Below are positions 63,580 to 64,000 of a DNA stretch of 64,000 nucleotides, piece after piece; position 1 is the first letter of the stretch, and each line of letters opens with the position of its first letter. This DNA comes from a virus. A program made the translations under genes and the position numbers. The DNA lies in IMG/VR virus record IMGVR_UViG_3300027749_000046. The stretch is one strand, 5' to 3'. Below the pieces are notes generated by a model. It saw nothing but the letters and a program-made list of their open reading frames with translations. It did no database searches and was not told the origin of the DNA.

Positions 63580-64000
63580 TCATTGCTGATATTTGTCAAC
63601 AATAATTTCTCTCATCTTTTCCTCGTCGTACTTGAGGAAAGGCTTGTACTTGGTGATAATGAGTTCTATCTCATCCCATATTGGATCACCTTCCATCTTA
63701 TTATTCCAGTATCTCAGACACTTTGCAACGTGAACTAATATCACGAGAGTCTCGAGCGATATCTCTCCGCGCATGTATAGCTTAAGCAGGTGCGGGTGCT
63801 GGCCGTCTTCTATCTTGAAGTTGCTGTCGAAGTCCTCGTTCAGCTTGGACAACTCAGACTTAAAGATATAGCTCAGAGACTGGATCTTCTTCTGCCACTC
63901 GTCGTGGATACGCTGGGCCTGCTCGTTGTATGCGATATCCTTAATCCACATCTTATTGTTATGGATCATATTGGACAGCATAAAGCTGTGCGGATCGGGA
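63580..64000 (-). CDS. gp59: Helicase loader (gp59-like), 5' end beyond the window
   Basis: W.KKIQSLSYIFKSEL, GQHP.LLKLY..GEISLETLVIL, KYKPFL; adjacent to gp32. Confidence 0.85.
   Translation of the reverse strand, partial: PDPHSFMLSNMIHNNKMWIKDIAYNEQAQRIHDEWQKKIQSLSYIFKSELSKLNEDFDSNFKIEDGQHPHLLKLYMRGEISLETLVILVHVAKCLRYWNNKMEGDPIWDEIELIITKYKPFLKYDEEKMREIIVDKYQQ

Noticed and set aside
1-64000. Stop-codon reassignment, CRISPR array or tRNA genes
   Set aside because: Genes are full length in the standard code with TAA, TGA and TAG stops; intergenic gaps are under 100 bp with no repeat-spacer or cloverleaf pattern
1-64000. Apparent abundance of TCTAGA/CTAG palindromes as a sign of DNA modification
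   Set aside because: A rough tally is close to what base composition predicts; it cannot be supported without a k-mer calculation

Overview
A 64-kb segment of a large T4-like (Tevenvirinae/Kyanoviridae-type architecture) myophage genome covering almost the whole late morphogenesis region. On the minus strand, read right to left, are baseplate genes (gp48, gp53, hub, gp5 split into three genes, PAAR, gp25, gp6, gp7, gp8 and a DUF4815/VrlC-like protein split in two), about 20 kb of accessory fibre/adhesin genes with an embedded glycosyltransferase, neck/terminase/tail genes (gp13-gp19) and head genes (gp20, gp67-like, a 766-aa modular core protein, gp21, gp22, and gp23, which runs off the left edge and is missing from the ORF track). 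A plus-strand block follows (gp4, gp2, gp54-like, gp26, gp51-like, 3TM holin and two paralogous muralytic proteins), then gp32 and a truncated gp59. Most notable: (1) surface-exposed virion proteins, including the gp23 insertion domain, are dense in N-x-S/T sequons while internal proteins have almost none, and a glycosyltransferase lies inside the fibre operon, suggesting a virion N-glycosylation system; (2) seven fibre-tip genes share a similar N-terminus but carry different binding domains; (3) a likely programmed -1 frameshift fuses gp26 to a gp51-like ORF lacking an ATG start; (4) a perfect sigma70 promoter points antisense into the late fibre operon; (5) a head-core polyprotein appears to be cut into small modules by the prohead protease. 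All assignments come from recognising motifs and synteny by eye, and all counts are hand counts. No searches were run.
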